IMG/VR virus record: IMGVR_UViG_3300045988_067228
Span: 1-51,498 of that record
Strand: one strand, 5' to 3'
From: a virus
Length of the DNA: 51,498 nt
A program made the translations under genes and the position numbers. The notes under the pieces are model-generated. The model was not told the DNA's origin. It was given only the letters and a program-made list of their open reading frames with translations, and did not search any database. Below, piece after piece: positions 40,145 through 48,942 of this stretch (its first letter is position 1; each line of letters opens with the position of its first letter).

Positions 40145-40724
40145 GTTCCTGCTGACGCAGAGTCTCCTATCATCCTGGCAGTACGCGCTGAAAAGCGGGG
40201 AGTGGGGTGAACTTCTTTCCACTCTCCGACGGGAGAAAAAGCCTCAGTCAAAGGCTATGCTAGACGGCATTCGATTTGAGAATGTGGTTCATGCGGTCAG
40301 CGAGGGGGCCCAGATCAGTCCGGAGCAGGAGTGGTACAAACCGATTGTAGAAATCTGTGAGATCATCACGCAGGGGCAGTATCAGGTTAAGGCTTCCCGG
40401 CCTCTGGTGGTGGATGGCGTGGAGTTTGTCTGCTTCGGAATCCTGGACTTTCTGAAAGCAGGGGTCATCTACGACACAAAGTTCAGCAAGACCTACCGTG
40501 TAGGGAAATACCTTGACAGCCCGCAACATCCCATGTACTTCTACCTCTGCCCGGAGGTTCGGAAGTTCGAGTACATCATCAGCGATGGGAGCTATGTGTA
40601 CCGGGAGGCTTACCTTCCAGAGGACGCGGAACCCATTGAGACCACCGTGCGGCAGTTTATGGCCTGGATGGACAAGATGAATATGGTGGACCTGTACTGC
40701 CAGAACTGGAGAAGCAAATATTAA
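40122..40724 (+). CDS. PD-(D/E)xK nuclease-family protein
   Basis: GILDFLKAGVIYDTKFSK resembles the D...(D/E)xK core. Position within the recombination module. Confidence 0.6.
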   Translation: MNGRKGNKFLLTQSLLSSWQYALKSGEWGELLSTLRREKKPQSKAMLDGIRFENVVHAVSEGAQISPEQEWYKPIVEICEIITQGQYQVKASRPLVVDGVEFVCFGILDFLKAGVIYDTKFSKTYRVGKYLDSPQHPMYFYLCPEVRKFEYIISDGSYVYREAYLPEDAEPIETTVRQFMAWMDKMNMVDLYCQNWRSKY

Positions 40725-40745
40725 AAGATTTGGAGGATTTGAATT

Positions 40746-41177
40746 GTGAGTAATTGGGACAGCTATCAAAGAGAGGAACGTCCTCGCCTGATCCCCGGCG
40801 ATTATCGGGTGGAGATCGTTAGTGTTGAAGAGAGGGAGAGCAAAAAGGGGAATCCCATGCTGGTGATCGGAGTCCGGCCTAATGGAAGCGACGTCATCAT
40901 CAACCACTATATCGTAAAAAACGAGTATTTCAACCGGAACATGACCGATTTCTTCGACTCTTTTAACATTGACGACGGGGACTTCACCCTCCCCACCTGG
41001 ATCGGTGCGGTCGGTGCCGCCCGGCTGAAAGAGGATGATCAGGGCTATCTGAAAGTCCACTATTTCATCAACAAGGACCGGGCAGAGAAGCTGCCCCCTT
41101 GGGAAGGAAAGCTCCCTGAGCGGCAGGAGCTGACAAAGATTGACGAGATCGAGGACGACGGAGATATCCCGTTTTAA
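40746..41177 (+). CDS. DUF669-like phage ssDNA-binding protein
   Basis: GTG start. The acidic C-terminal tip DDGDIPF is the classic SSB tail. Pairs with the Sak4-like ATPase. Confidence 0.7.
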   Translation: MSNWDSYQREERPRLIPGDYRVEIVSVEERESKKGNPMLVIGVRPNGSDVIINHYIVKNEYFNRNMTDFFDSFNIDDGDFTLPTWIGAVGAARLKEDDQGYLKVHYFINKDRAEKLPPWEGKLPERQELTKIDEIEDDGDIPF

Positions 41178-41189
41178 GGCGGTGGGAGA

Positions 41190-41699
41190 ATGCTAACCCA
41201 CTACACGGATGCTGAAATCAAACAGAAGCTGAAAGAGTTGGTTGTCATAGCTGACAGCCGGGAGCAGGTTCACCAGCATATTATTTCATGGCTGGACAAG
41301 CACAACATTCAGCACAAGAGCCGTGCGCTGGAAACCGGAGACTATTCCGTCATGCTGGGCGACACCACCTTCGAAGACGAGGTTGTGGTAGAGCGCAAAG
41401 CCAACCTGGATGAGATTGCTGGAAACTTCACATCAGGCCGGGAACGCTTTGAACGGGAGATGATCCGGGCCAAGGCCGGAGGCATCAAGGTCTTTCTGAT
41501 CGTGGAGAACGCCTCCTGGACAGACATTTTTCTTCATAACTACCGTTCAGAGCTAAAGCCCCAGAGTTTCGCCGCCACGCTTCTATCCTGGCAGGCCCGG
41601 TTTAACCTAACTATCACTTTCTGCAAGCCGTCAGAGACAGCGCAAATCCTTTACAGTACCCTCTATTACTGGGTGCGGGACAGGCTGAAGCGGGGGTGA
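41190..41699 (+). CDS. ERCC4/XPF-Mus81-type nuclease
   Basis: ...ADSREQ...ALETGDYSV...VVVERKANLDE... carries the GDY...ERK nuclease motif. Confidence 0.7.
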   Translation: MLTHYTDAEIKQKLKELVVIADSREQVHQHIISWLDKHNIQHKSRALETGDYSVMLGDTTFEDEVVVERKANLDEIAGNFTSGRERFEREMIRAKAGGIKVFLIVENASWTDIFLHNYRSELKPQSFAATLLSWQARFNLTITFCKPSETAQILYSTLYYWVRDRLKRG

Positions 41700-41703
41700 G
41701 CGC

Positions 41704-42276
41704 ATGGATATGGCCGCTGACATCAGGCGGATGCTCACGGCCCAGCAGGTAGCTGAGTTCTACGGGTTTCAAGTTGGGCGGTCCGGGTTCATGAAGTGCC
41801 CGTTCCATCAAGGGGACCACACGGCCAGCCTGAAGCTGTACGACGGGGATGGCGGCTGGCACTGTTTCGGCTGCGGGGCGCACGGCTCAGTCATTGACTT
41901 TGTGATGCGCCTATTTGACCTGAATTTCCGCCAAGCGATACTCAGAATCAACGCGGATTTTCAACTTGGGCTGGCAGAAAACAAGCCGGACCGCGCTGTC
42001 CGGTCTGCTGCTCTGGAAGCCCGCCGCGAGGAACAACGGAGAACCGTTCAATCTGAAACAAATTTCCGGTTTATGACTCGTGAATTTCACTATTGGAAGG
42101 AAATACAAGATGTTTTTCGGCCAATGCGCCAAGAAGACGTTTTGTTTTACCATCCATTATATGTCGAGGCCGTCAAGCGCCTCCCGTATATCGAATACTG
42201 GCTTGACGACTTCATCGAGAAGGGAGGCAAAAAGCATTGGGGAACGTGCCCATTTACACAAGAGACGATTACCTGA
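41704..42276 (+). CDS. CHC2 zinc-finger (DnaG-primase-type) protein
   Basis: KCPFHQGDHTASLKLY...WHCFGCGAHGSVIDFV. Confidence 0.8.
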   Translation: MDMAADIRRMLTAQQVAEFYGFQVGRSGFMKCPFHQGDHTASLKLYDGDGGWHCFGCGAHGSVIDFVMRLFDLNFRQAILRINADFQLGLAENKPDRAVRSAALEARREEQRRTVQSETNFRFMTREFHYWKEIQDVFRPMRQEDVLFYHPLYVEAVKRLPYIEYWLDDFIEKGGKKHWGTCPFTQETIT

Positions 42277-44081
42277 CAACAACAAAGCCGTTTGAATATC
42301 TCTATGCCCACAAGGACAACAAATTCGAGTTAAAGCAGCTTCTGGGAGTTATGTCCGCTCAAGCGCAAACTGTAGGAATACGCAATCTGGCCGCGCTATT
42401 TAAGGCATACATGGAGACTGTCAATGGAACAACCACCCCAGGATTCAACCGGACGGACTTCACCGGCCAGGAACTGGAGCTTGACTGTGGAAGTTGGAAC
42501 GCCTCAGACACTGGGATTTACGGCACCGACAAACTGGGCTTTGAGATCGTGGCTTGCTATCACCCCATTATGCCGATACAGCGGCTGGTTAACGTGGACA
42601 CCAAAGTTCACAAGGTCATGTTAGCCTACCGGCTCGGGAAACGCTGGGAGACGGTCATCGAGGACCGTAGCGTGGTTTCTGACAGCCGTTCCGTTATCAG
42701 CCTATCCAAGTACGGGATCATGGTAAACAGCGAGACGAGCAAAGCCCTAGTCCGCTATCTAGCAGACGTGGAACAACTCAACTACGACCTGATCCCGGAG
42801 GTCACCAGTGTGGGACGTCTGGGCTGGATTGACGGATATGGATTTTCGCCCTACGAGGAAAACCTGGTATTTGACGGAGAAGAGACATTCAGAACACGAT
42901 TTGAAAGCATTCAGGAGAAAGGCAGCCGTCAGGCATGGCTTGATTGTGTGCGGGCCGTCAGAGCCGGGAAAACGCCGGGAAACGTGGTTGCCCGCATTGT
43001 TCTGGCAGCGTCGTTCGCCTCCGTGCTGGTGAAGCCATGCAACTGCCTCCCGTTTTTCGTCCACCTGTGGGGCGGCTCAGAAACGGGTAAGAGTTTAAGT
43101 CTCGTCCTCGCTGCCAGTGTATGGGCGAACCCGGAGATCGGCGTTTACATCCAGACGTTCAATGCCACGGAAGTCGGCAAGGAGCTGGGCGCTGCGTTCT
43201 GCAACTCTCTCCCTCTCATCATTGATGAGCTCCAGCTTGTCAAGGACAATCGTAAGGACTTCGACAAGATGATCTACCAGTTGTCTGAGGGTGTGGGGCG
43301 GACACGAGGACAGAAACAGGGCGGCCTTCAGAAAACACCTACTTGGCGGAACTGCATTATCACAACAGGAGAGTTCCCCATTATTTCAGCCAACAGCGGT
43401 GAGGGTGCAGTCAACCGAACAATTGAAGTGGACTGCCATGACACAAAGCTTTTTGATGAGCCCAAAAAAACCGCAACAGAGCTCTATTCCAACTACGGTT
43501 TTGCAGGGAAAGAGTTTGTTGAACATCTGATGGAAGAAGGCTCTCAGGAATGCGTTCAAAAGCTCCAGGAAGCCATGCAGGATGCATTGAAGACCAATGA
43601 CACCATGGACAAGCAGACGGCCTCTGCTGCGCTTATATTGGCCGCCGATAAGTTAGCGGAGGAATGGATCTTCCGGGACGGGATTCTCCTTCGACCGGAG
43701 GACATTTCTAAATACCTCGTCTCAAAGGAGACCGTCAATCAGAACGCCCGGGCCATGCAATACCTGTACGATTTCATCAACATCAACCAAGCCCGATTCA
43801 CGCCCGAAGCGGATACCCGCCAGGGCGAGATATGGGGAGACTTGGACAACGATTATGCCTATATTATCCGGTCCAAGTTTGATCAAATCCTCCAGGATGA
43901 GGGTTACAACGCCTCCGCTTTCCTGGGTTGGGCGAAAAATACAGGTAACATCATCTGTGGGAAGGACGGCCGTCCAACAATTGTAAAGCGGATAAATGGA
44001 CGGCCTTGTAGGCTTGTTTGCTTGAAACTGCAAGAAAACGAGAACAATTTTGACGAATATGAAGACTCGCTGCTTCCATAG
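42237..44081 (+). CDS. Replicative SF3-type helicase/primase-associated protein (DUF927/VirE-like)
   Basis: TTG start after GGGAGG. Walker A WGGSETGKS, Walker B LPLIIDE. Confidence 0.75.
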   Translation: MGNVPIYTRDDYLTTTKPFEYLYAHKDNKFELKQLLGVMSAQAQTVGIRNLAALFKAYMETVNGTTTPGFNRTDFTGQELELDCGSWNASDTGIYGTDKLGFEIVACYHPIMPIQRLVNVDTKVHKVMLAYRLGKRWETVIEDRSVVSDSRSVISLSKYGIMVNSETSKALVRYLADVEQLNYDLIPEVTSVGRLGWIDGYGFSPYEENLVFDGEETFRTRFESIQEKGSRQAWLDCVRAVRAGKTPGNVVARIVLAASFASVLVKPCNCLPFFVHLWGGSETGKSLSLVLAASVWANPEIGVYIQTFNATEVGKELGAAFCNSLPLIIDELQLVKDNRKDFDKMIYQLSEGVGRTRGQKQGGLQKTPTWRNCIITTGEFPIISANSGEGAVNRTIEVDCHDTKLFDEPKKTATELYSNYGFAGKEFVEHLMEEGSQECVQKLQEAMQDALKTNDTMDKQTASAALILAADKLAEEWIFRDGILLRPEDISKYLVSKETVNQNARAMQYLYDFININQARFTPEADTRQGEIWGDLDNDYAYIIRSKFDQILQDEGYNASAFLGWAKNTGNIICGKDGRPTIVKRINGRPCRLVCLKLQENENNFDEYEDSLLP

Positions 44082-44083
44082 AA

Positions 44084-44272
44084 GCGTTACCCGTTACCGC
44101 TGTTACCGCATTTTCAGTATGTTTTATAAAATAAAAAAATTGTGTACGCAATATTTTTTGTTTTCCAAGAGGTAAAAAGTGCGGTAACACGGTAACAAAA
44201 CCGTGCATCCGTTGTGGGAGTATAGGCGGAGGCGTTACCGCATAATGGTAACAAGCGGTTTCGGCGGTTACA
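44084..44272. repeat. Candidate replication origin: at least 8 GTTACC(G)/CGGTAAC iterons flanking an AT-rich stretch
   Basis: Forward copies at 44086, 44093, 44102 and 44234. Reverse copies at 44182, 44190 and 44247. Variant at 44265. AT-rich 44110-44170. Confidence 0.6.
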
Positions 44273-44285
44273 AAAGGAGGAAACT

Positions 44286-44750
44286 ATGTTCTTTGATTAT
44301 GAGGAACAGGCAAAGAATCATGAGCCTGTCCCTGAAGAGCTTTCTATGTTTGACGAGTGTGGATATCGGATTTTGTCTGATATTTATGTGCTCTATCAAA
44401 GAGGGTCAATCACCAAAGAACAGGCGATTGATAAAAAGAGAAAGCTCAAAGCTCGTGCGTTGAAAGAAATCCAACTAGATAATTTCCGCGACAACACCGC
44501 CTATGAACGGGAAAAAATTTTACGGTTGTCAGAGCAGGCACGTATTAAGGCGCGAAAAGAGCCTACACAGGAAAATTGCCTTGCATTGATCGATACCATT
44601 GATGGAATTCTGAAAAACGAACTTCAACAGAACGTGATTCTTTCAGAGCACGGCGCCAACTGCCCTTGCTGCGGGAAGTTCTTCAATCAAGAGCACGCAA
44701 CCAGAAAGCCGCGGTTCTGTGAAGATTGCGGAGCGATGCTGGTGTGGTGA
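44286..44750 (+). CDS. Hypothetical protein with C-terminal zinc ribbon (154 aa)
   Basis: AAAGGAGG SD. CPCCG...CEDCG. Confidence 0.65.
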   Translation: MFFDYEEQAKNHEPVPEELSMFDECGYRILSDIYVLYQRGSITKEQAIDKKRKLKARALKEIQLDNFRDNTAYEREKILRLSEQARIKARKEPTQENCLALIDTIDGILKNELQQNVILSEHGANCPCCGKFFNQEHATRKPRFCEDCGAMLVW

Positions 44751-44751
44751 T

Positions 44752-44952
44752 ATGGGCGAACTTGAACAATATCTAGTCCCCATCCGGCGGTATTCGGCCA
44801 ACCCCATCAGCCAGTGTCCATGGCTGCGTGAGGAAAAGCCAGTACCGGGCTGGACGGCCAAGAAGCGGACGTTTGTTGTTGGGAGAAACCTGGGCGGCGT
44901 AAAGCATTGGGTGACTACATACGCCATCGAGAGCTGCCCCAATTTTAAATAA
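44752..44952 (+). CDS. Hypothetical protein (66 aa)
   Basis: Tight spacing after the previous stop. Confidence 0.5.
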   Translation: MGELEQYLVPIRRYSANPISQCPWLREEKPVPGWTAKKRTFVVGRNLGGVKHWVTTYAIESCPNFK

Positions 44953-44971
44953 AACCATAGAAGGAACGACT

Positions 44972-45760
44972 ATGGAATATATTTTATCCCTATCTTACGG
45001 AAAAGATAGTCTCGCGTGTTTTGGGGCGTGTGAAATCCTTGGTTGGCCCATTGACAGGGTTGTAACAGCAGAGGTTTGGGCCACCGATACCCTCCCCGCC
45101 GACCTTCCGCCGATGGTGGAGTTTAAGGACCACGCAGACCGGATCATCAAGGAGCGGTGGGGGATTGAGGTGGAGCATATCAGATGCAGGAACACTTACC
45201 AGGATATGTTTTACCGTCGAAAGAGCATAAGAGCAAAACGGAATCCAGGGAAAATCAGAGGATGGCCCATGAGAGGCGGACCTGGCGGCGCATGGTGTCA
45301 GGGGGATGTAAAGATGCCCGCACTTCGGAAAATAAAGAAACACGGGGATGTTATATACTTGGGTATCGCCAGCGACGAACCGAACCGATTTCACAGCCTG
45401 TCCGACACTAAGAAAAGTCCTCTTGTAGAAGTCGGGTGGACGGAAGAAGATTGCCGGAAATGGTGCGAGAAAAATGACTTGCTTTCCCCGATTTACACCA
45501 CGGCTGCAAGGGGCGGTTGCTGGTTCTGCCACAACCAGGGTGTGGATCAGCTGCGGCTTCTTCGGAAGAGCTACCCGGATTTGTGGGCGCTGATGCTCAA
45601 ATGGGACAGCGACAGCCCGGTGACATTTCGCGCAGACGGCCACACCGTCCACGACTTTGACAGGCGCTTCCAGATGGAGGACGATGGGCTGATCTACCAA
45701 GACGATAAAATTTTCCGATGGTCAATGCTAAATGAGGAGCTGAACTATAGATGGTTTTGA
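44972..45760 (+). CDS. PAPS-reductase-family (PP-loop ATP pyrophosphatase-like) protein
   Basis: N-terminal SLSYGKDSL PP-loop. C-terminal GGCWFCHNQ. Confidence 0.75.
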   Translation: MEYILSLSYGKDSLACFGACEILGWPIDRVVTAEVWATDTLPADLPPMVEFKDHADRIIKERWGIEVEHIRCRNTYQDMFYRRKSIRAKRNPGKIRGWPMRGGPGGAWCQGDVKMPALRKIKKHGDVIYLGIASDEPNRFHSLSDTKKSPLVEVGWTEEDCRKWCEKNDLLSPIYTTAARGGCWFCHNQGVDQLRLLRKSYPDLWALMLKWDSDSPVTFRADGHTVHDFDRRFQMEDDGLIYQDDKIFRWSMLNEELNYRWF

Positions 45761-45806
45761 GCGACGAAAAACGCGCCCTGCTGGGCGGAAAAGAGGCGGC
45801 GAAGCT

Positions 45807-46406
45807 ATGAGGGTATTGGTAGCGTGTGAGGAATCGCAGGAGGTCTGCAAGGCGTTCCGGGCGCTGGGGCACGAGGCGTACAGCTGTGATTTGGAGCCGT
45901 GCAGCGGAGGCCATCCTGAGTGGCACATCCAATGTGACGCGTTGGAGATGCTGAAAATGCAGTGGGACATGATTCTGGCGTTTCCGCCTTGTACATATCT
46001 GTCGAACGCCGGAGCAAAACACCTGTTCAAGGGGGGCGTTCTCAATCAGGAGCGCTATCGGACAGGGCTTGAGGCAAAAGCATTTTTCTTGAGGTTTCTG
46101 AATGCCGACTGCCCGCACATCTGTGTGGAGAACCCAGTATCCAGCAAGATTTATGAAATGCCGCCGCACACCCAGGAGGTCCAGCCGTGGATGTTCGGAC
46201 ACCCGGTTCAGAAAAAGACCCGCCTGTGGTTGAAAGGACTTCCTCCTTTGGAGCCAACTAACATTGTTGACCCGAAATGCAGCTGTCACGAAGCTGGAAC
46301 ATGGTTCATGCGAGGTGGGAAAGACCGACAGAAGAATCGGGCCAAGACCTTTCCAGGCATAGCTCAGGCAATGGCAGAACAATGGGGAGGAATTTGTAAT
46401 GGATGA
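45807..46406 (+). CDS. Short C5-cytosine-methyltransferase-like protein (atypical; lacks FxGxG)
   Basis: AFPPCTYLS (PC-like) and CVENPVS (ENV-like) motifs. N-terminus VLVACEESQ replaces a Gly loop. Confidence 0.55.
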   Translation: MRVLVACEESQEVCKAFRALGHEAYSCDLEPCSGGHPEWHIQCDALEMLKMQWDMILAFPPCTYLSNAGAKHLFKGGVLNQERYRTGLEAKAFFLRFLNADCPHICVENPVSSKIYEMPPHTQEVQPWMFGHPVQKKTRLWLKGLPPLEPTNIVDPKCSCHEAGTWFMRGGKDRQKNRAKTFPGIAQAMAEQWGGICNG

Positions 46407-46674
46407 CGTCAAATTAGCCATGCTCGGAAATAAAGATGCTGCGAAGCGGCTGACGGATGCGGGGGTGCTGGTGCCATGTCCTATGTGCAGAGGACAGGCA
46501 AGGGTGCGGAACGAACGTTACTATCAGCCAAATGTCCGCAGAAATGTGATCTGCATGAAATGTTTTACGAACAGCGGATGGTATAAGACGGAACACGAAG
46601 CCCGCCTCGCCTGGAACACCCGCGCACCGATTCTGAGTGCGGAGGAAATTCAAAAATTGGAGGAGAACACATGA
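46399..46674 (+). CDS. Second Lar-family restriction-alleviation-like protein
   Basis: CPMCRG...CMKC...EARLAWNTRAP. Confidence 0.65.
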   Translation: MDDVKLAMLGNKDAAKRLTDAGVLVPCPMCRGQARVRNERYYQPNVRRNVICMKCFTNSGWYKTEHEARLAWNTRAPILSAEEIQKLEENT

Positions 46675-47234
46675 AATCTGCAAGGATTTACACCAATGAC
46701 CTGAACCGGCTAATTGCGGCTACCAAGTCTTTTGTGAGTGATAGTGATCATCGACCCTGCAACCAGTACATCAAATTGGAGTTTCATGCGGCAGACAATC
46801 AGGTCGTGGCAATGGCCGTTGACGGATATCGGATGTCTGTAGAACATTCCGTTATCAGTGATTGCGACGAGGACTTTGTGGCGTTCATTAAGAGCAATAC
46901 CAAACTCCGCAATAAGCAGTATGCAACCATCTCTCTGACCGAGGATGGGAAAGAGGCTGTAATCCGGTGCGGTGGGTTCTCGTTCGGATATATCCAGCCG
47001 CAGGACAGCGGATTTGAATGGGAAAAGGCAATCCCAACCAGCGAGGTAAAGTATCGAATTGGCTTCAATGGGAATTACCTTCTGTCTGCATTGCAAGCGG
47101 CGAAAGTCTCTGCTGACGGCAGTTTTAGGCAACCGGTCATTTTAGAATTTCGCAGCAATATTGAGCCGATTCTTCTCCGTACCAATAAGGAGGACATTAA
47201 GATGGTTCTTCCTGTTCGTATCAAGGAAGATTGA
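46671..47234 (+). CDS. Sliding-clamp (DnaN)-like half-size protein
   Basis: ...IGFNGNYLLSALQAAK...PILLRTNKEDIKMVLPVRI resembles the DnaN C-terminal pattern. Confidence 0.5.
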   Translation: MKSARIYTNDLNRLIAATKSFVSDSDHRPCNQYIKLEFHAADNQVVAMAVDGYRMSVEHSVISDCDEDFVAFIKSNTKLRNKQYATISLTEDGKEAVIRCGGFSFGYIQPQDSGFEWEKAIPTSEVKYRIGFNGNYLLSALQAAKVSADGSFRQPVILEFRSNIEPILLRTNKEDIKMVLPVRIKED

Positions 47235-47266
47235 GCGGAGGAGATGGAGATGCTGGAGGAGCTGGA

Positions 47267-47518
47267 ATGAAGAACCCGGGAGAATATGTTGACATTGGGG
47301 ACCCATCCTTGCAAGTCAGAACAGACGAGGATGGAAACACCGTGGCCTCTGCAACGATACAGGCGGTTGTCCTCTGGAAAGAAGATATCGAAAACTACAT
47401 CATGGACGAGATCATCAAGATGTGCAAGGAGCACGGAATTACGGACCTGTATGTGCTGAACCGGGATTTCATCCTGTCAGCCGTCAAAGAGAAGATGGAA
47501 AGGGAGGCCCAGCCATGA
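47267..47518 (+). CDS. Hypothetical protein (83 aa)
   Basis: GGAGGAG SD before ATG 47267. Confidence 0.55.
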   Translation: MKNPGEYVDIGDPSLQVRTDEDGNTVASATIQAVVLWKEDIENYIMDEIIKMCKEHGITDLYVLNRDFILSAVKEKMEREAQP

Positions 47519-47898
47519 CGCGAGAAGAAGCGGTTAGGCTGTTGAAACAGTATCAGGGATATGAGCCGATGGAATACGGGCAAGTGCTAAGGCACTCTTT
47601 TGACCTGACGGATGAAACGGTTGATACCCTACTCTCCGCCCTCACCCCACCCACGCAGGAGCAGCTGGAGCGGGTGTGGCCGGGGTGTAGTTTCTGCAAA
47701 AATGACGGTGTTCAAGATTATCGTACTGCTGTATGCGTTACGAGATGGGGAATGAGCTACTTAAAAGGACCAGAAATTGAAAGTGACGACATTTTCTATG
47801 CCCAGAATCATTTTTGCAGATTTTGCGGCCGCCCCCTCACCCTGGAGGCGTGGAAAGAAATGAGAAAGAGATGGGAGGCGGCGAACGATGCGGATTGA
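47515..47898 (+). CDS. Hypothetical Cys-containing protein (127 aa)
   Basis: ATGA coupling. CSFC...CRFCG. Confidence 0.6.
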   Translation: MTREEAVRLLKQYQGYEPMEYGQVLRHSFDLTDETVDTLLSALTPPTQEQLERVWPGCSFCKNDGVQDYRTAVCVTRWGMSYLKGPEIESDDIFYAQNHFCRFCGRPLTLEAWKEMRKRWEAANDAD

Positions 47899-48133
47899 GC
47901 GCAAGCGCTATGTGGTCATGCGGAAAAACAGAACAGAGGTCTGGTGCGGTCTAGCAAAGGCTTTTAGTTTTCGTCCCATATCCGAAATAAAAGACGTATC
48001 CGTCAAGACATATCGTTCTGAGGCGCAGGCTAGAAGCGGCTGTTCTTCGTGGGACAGAGACTTTGAAGTTGTTCCGGTAATTGAGATGATTGCGACTGAG
48101 GAGGCGCTGAAAGATGGCAGTACGGCCGATTGA
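47888..48133 (+). CDS. Hypothetical protein (81 aa)
   Basis: ORF overlapping both neighbours. Confidence 0.5.
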   Translation: MRIERKRYVVMRKNRTEVWCGLAKAFSFRPISEIKDVSVKTYRSEAQARSGCSSWDRDFEVVPVIEMIATEEALKDGSTAD

Positions 48134-48476
48134 TGGCAACGATTTTATGCGGCAGCTAACGCTTGACACCAGTAAAGGCCATTATGGCGAGTTTATGGAT
48201 GGAAGTGAAGTGGCTTATACTTCCAGAGAAATTGCTAAATTTGTAGAAGATATGCCCACCCTCACCCTGCCGAACGAGCCGCTGACGCCGAAGCAACTGA
48301 GGGAGATGAACGAGCCTGTATGGTGCTCCTGCAAACCGATTGAAGGCGGAAACGGGTATTGGTGTTTGTGCCGGTATGGGAAAATTGTCACCCCATCAGG
48401 AAATATTTTTGACGTGGACAAAATTCCGCATTGGATGTTTTACCGCCGCCCGCCGGAAGGAGAAGCTGATGCTTGA
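48114..48476 (+). CDS. Hypothetical protein (120 aa)
   Basis: MAVRPIDGNDF... is an N-terminus common in Firmicutes phage proteins. Confidence 0.6.
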   Translation: MAVRPIDGNDFMRQLTLDTSKGHYGEFMDGSEVAYTSREIAKFVEDMPTLTLPNEPLTPKQLREMNEPVWCSCKPIEGGNGYWCLCRYGKIVTPSGNIFDVDKIPHWMFYRRPPEGEADA

Positions 48477-48942
48477 GGTATGCCCTATCACACTTAAAGA
48501 GGCCAATGCCTTTGTAGAGTAGCACCACCGCCACCACAAGCCGGCCACGGGGCATAAATTCTCCATTGGCTGTACTGATGGCGAGAAAATCGTGGGAGTT
48601 GCAATTGTAGGCCGTCCAGTGAGCCGATATTTGGACGACGGGTGGACGCTGGAGGTCAACCGTCTCTGTACCGATGGAACACATAACGCTTGCAGTATGC
48701 TCTATGCCGCAGCTTGGCGGGCAGCCCGGGCGATGGGCTACCACAAACTGATTACCTATATACTGGACAGCGAGAGCGGGACAAGCCTTAAAGCCGCCGG
48801 GTGGAAATGCGTGGGACAGGCCGGAGGTCTGCGTTGGACAGGAAAGCGCAGGCCGGAGGTAGATTTATGCCCGGCGCAGATGAAAATCAAATTTGAGATT
48901 GATGACGGGAAGCGCCCGCCGGAGGGAGAGGAGGACGCATGA
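48469..48942 (+). pseudogene. Conserved HRHH-motif phage protein (acetyltransferase-like fold suspected), interrupted by an in-frame TAG at 48520-48522
   Basis: MLEVCPITLKEANAFVE-TAG-HHRHHKPATGHKFSIGC...GVAIVGRPVSR... is all one frame. The track splits it into 48340-48522 and 48592-48942. Confidence 0.6.

Noticed and set aside
40260-41060. 266-aa minus-strand ORF. The same applies to 44990-45700 and 45597-46421 on the minus strand.
   Set aside because: They are antisense to plus-strand genes with recognisable motifs (PD-(D/E)xK/SSB, PAPS reductase, MTase-like). They lack SDs and have low-complexity composition.
6578-48942. Genome-wide stop-codon reassignment (TAA or TAG read as sense) as the explanation for the in-frame stops in rtcB and the HRHH-motif gene
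   Set aside because: TAA, TAG and TGA all terminate well-supported genes at the expected lengths throughout the genome, for example TAA for terS/terL and TAG at 834-836 and 1229-1231. No tRNA gene (suppressor or otherwise) was found. Local nonsense mutation or read-through is more parsimonious.
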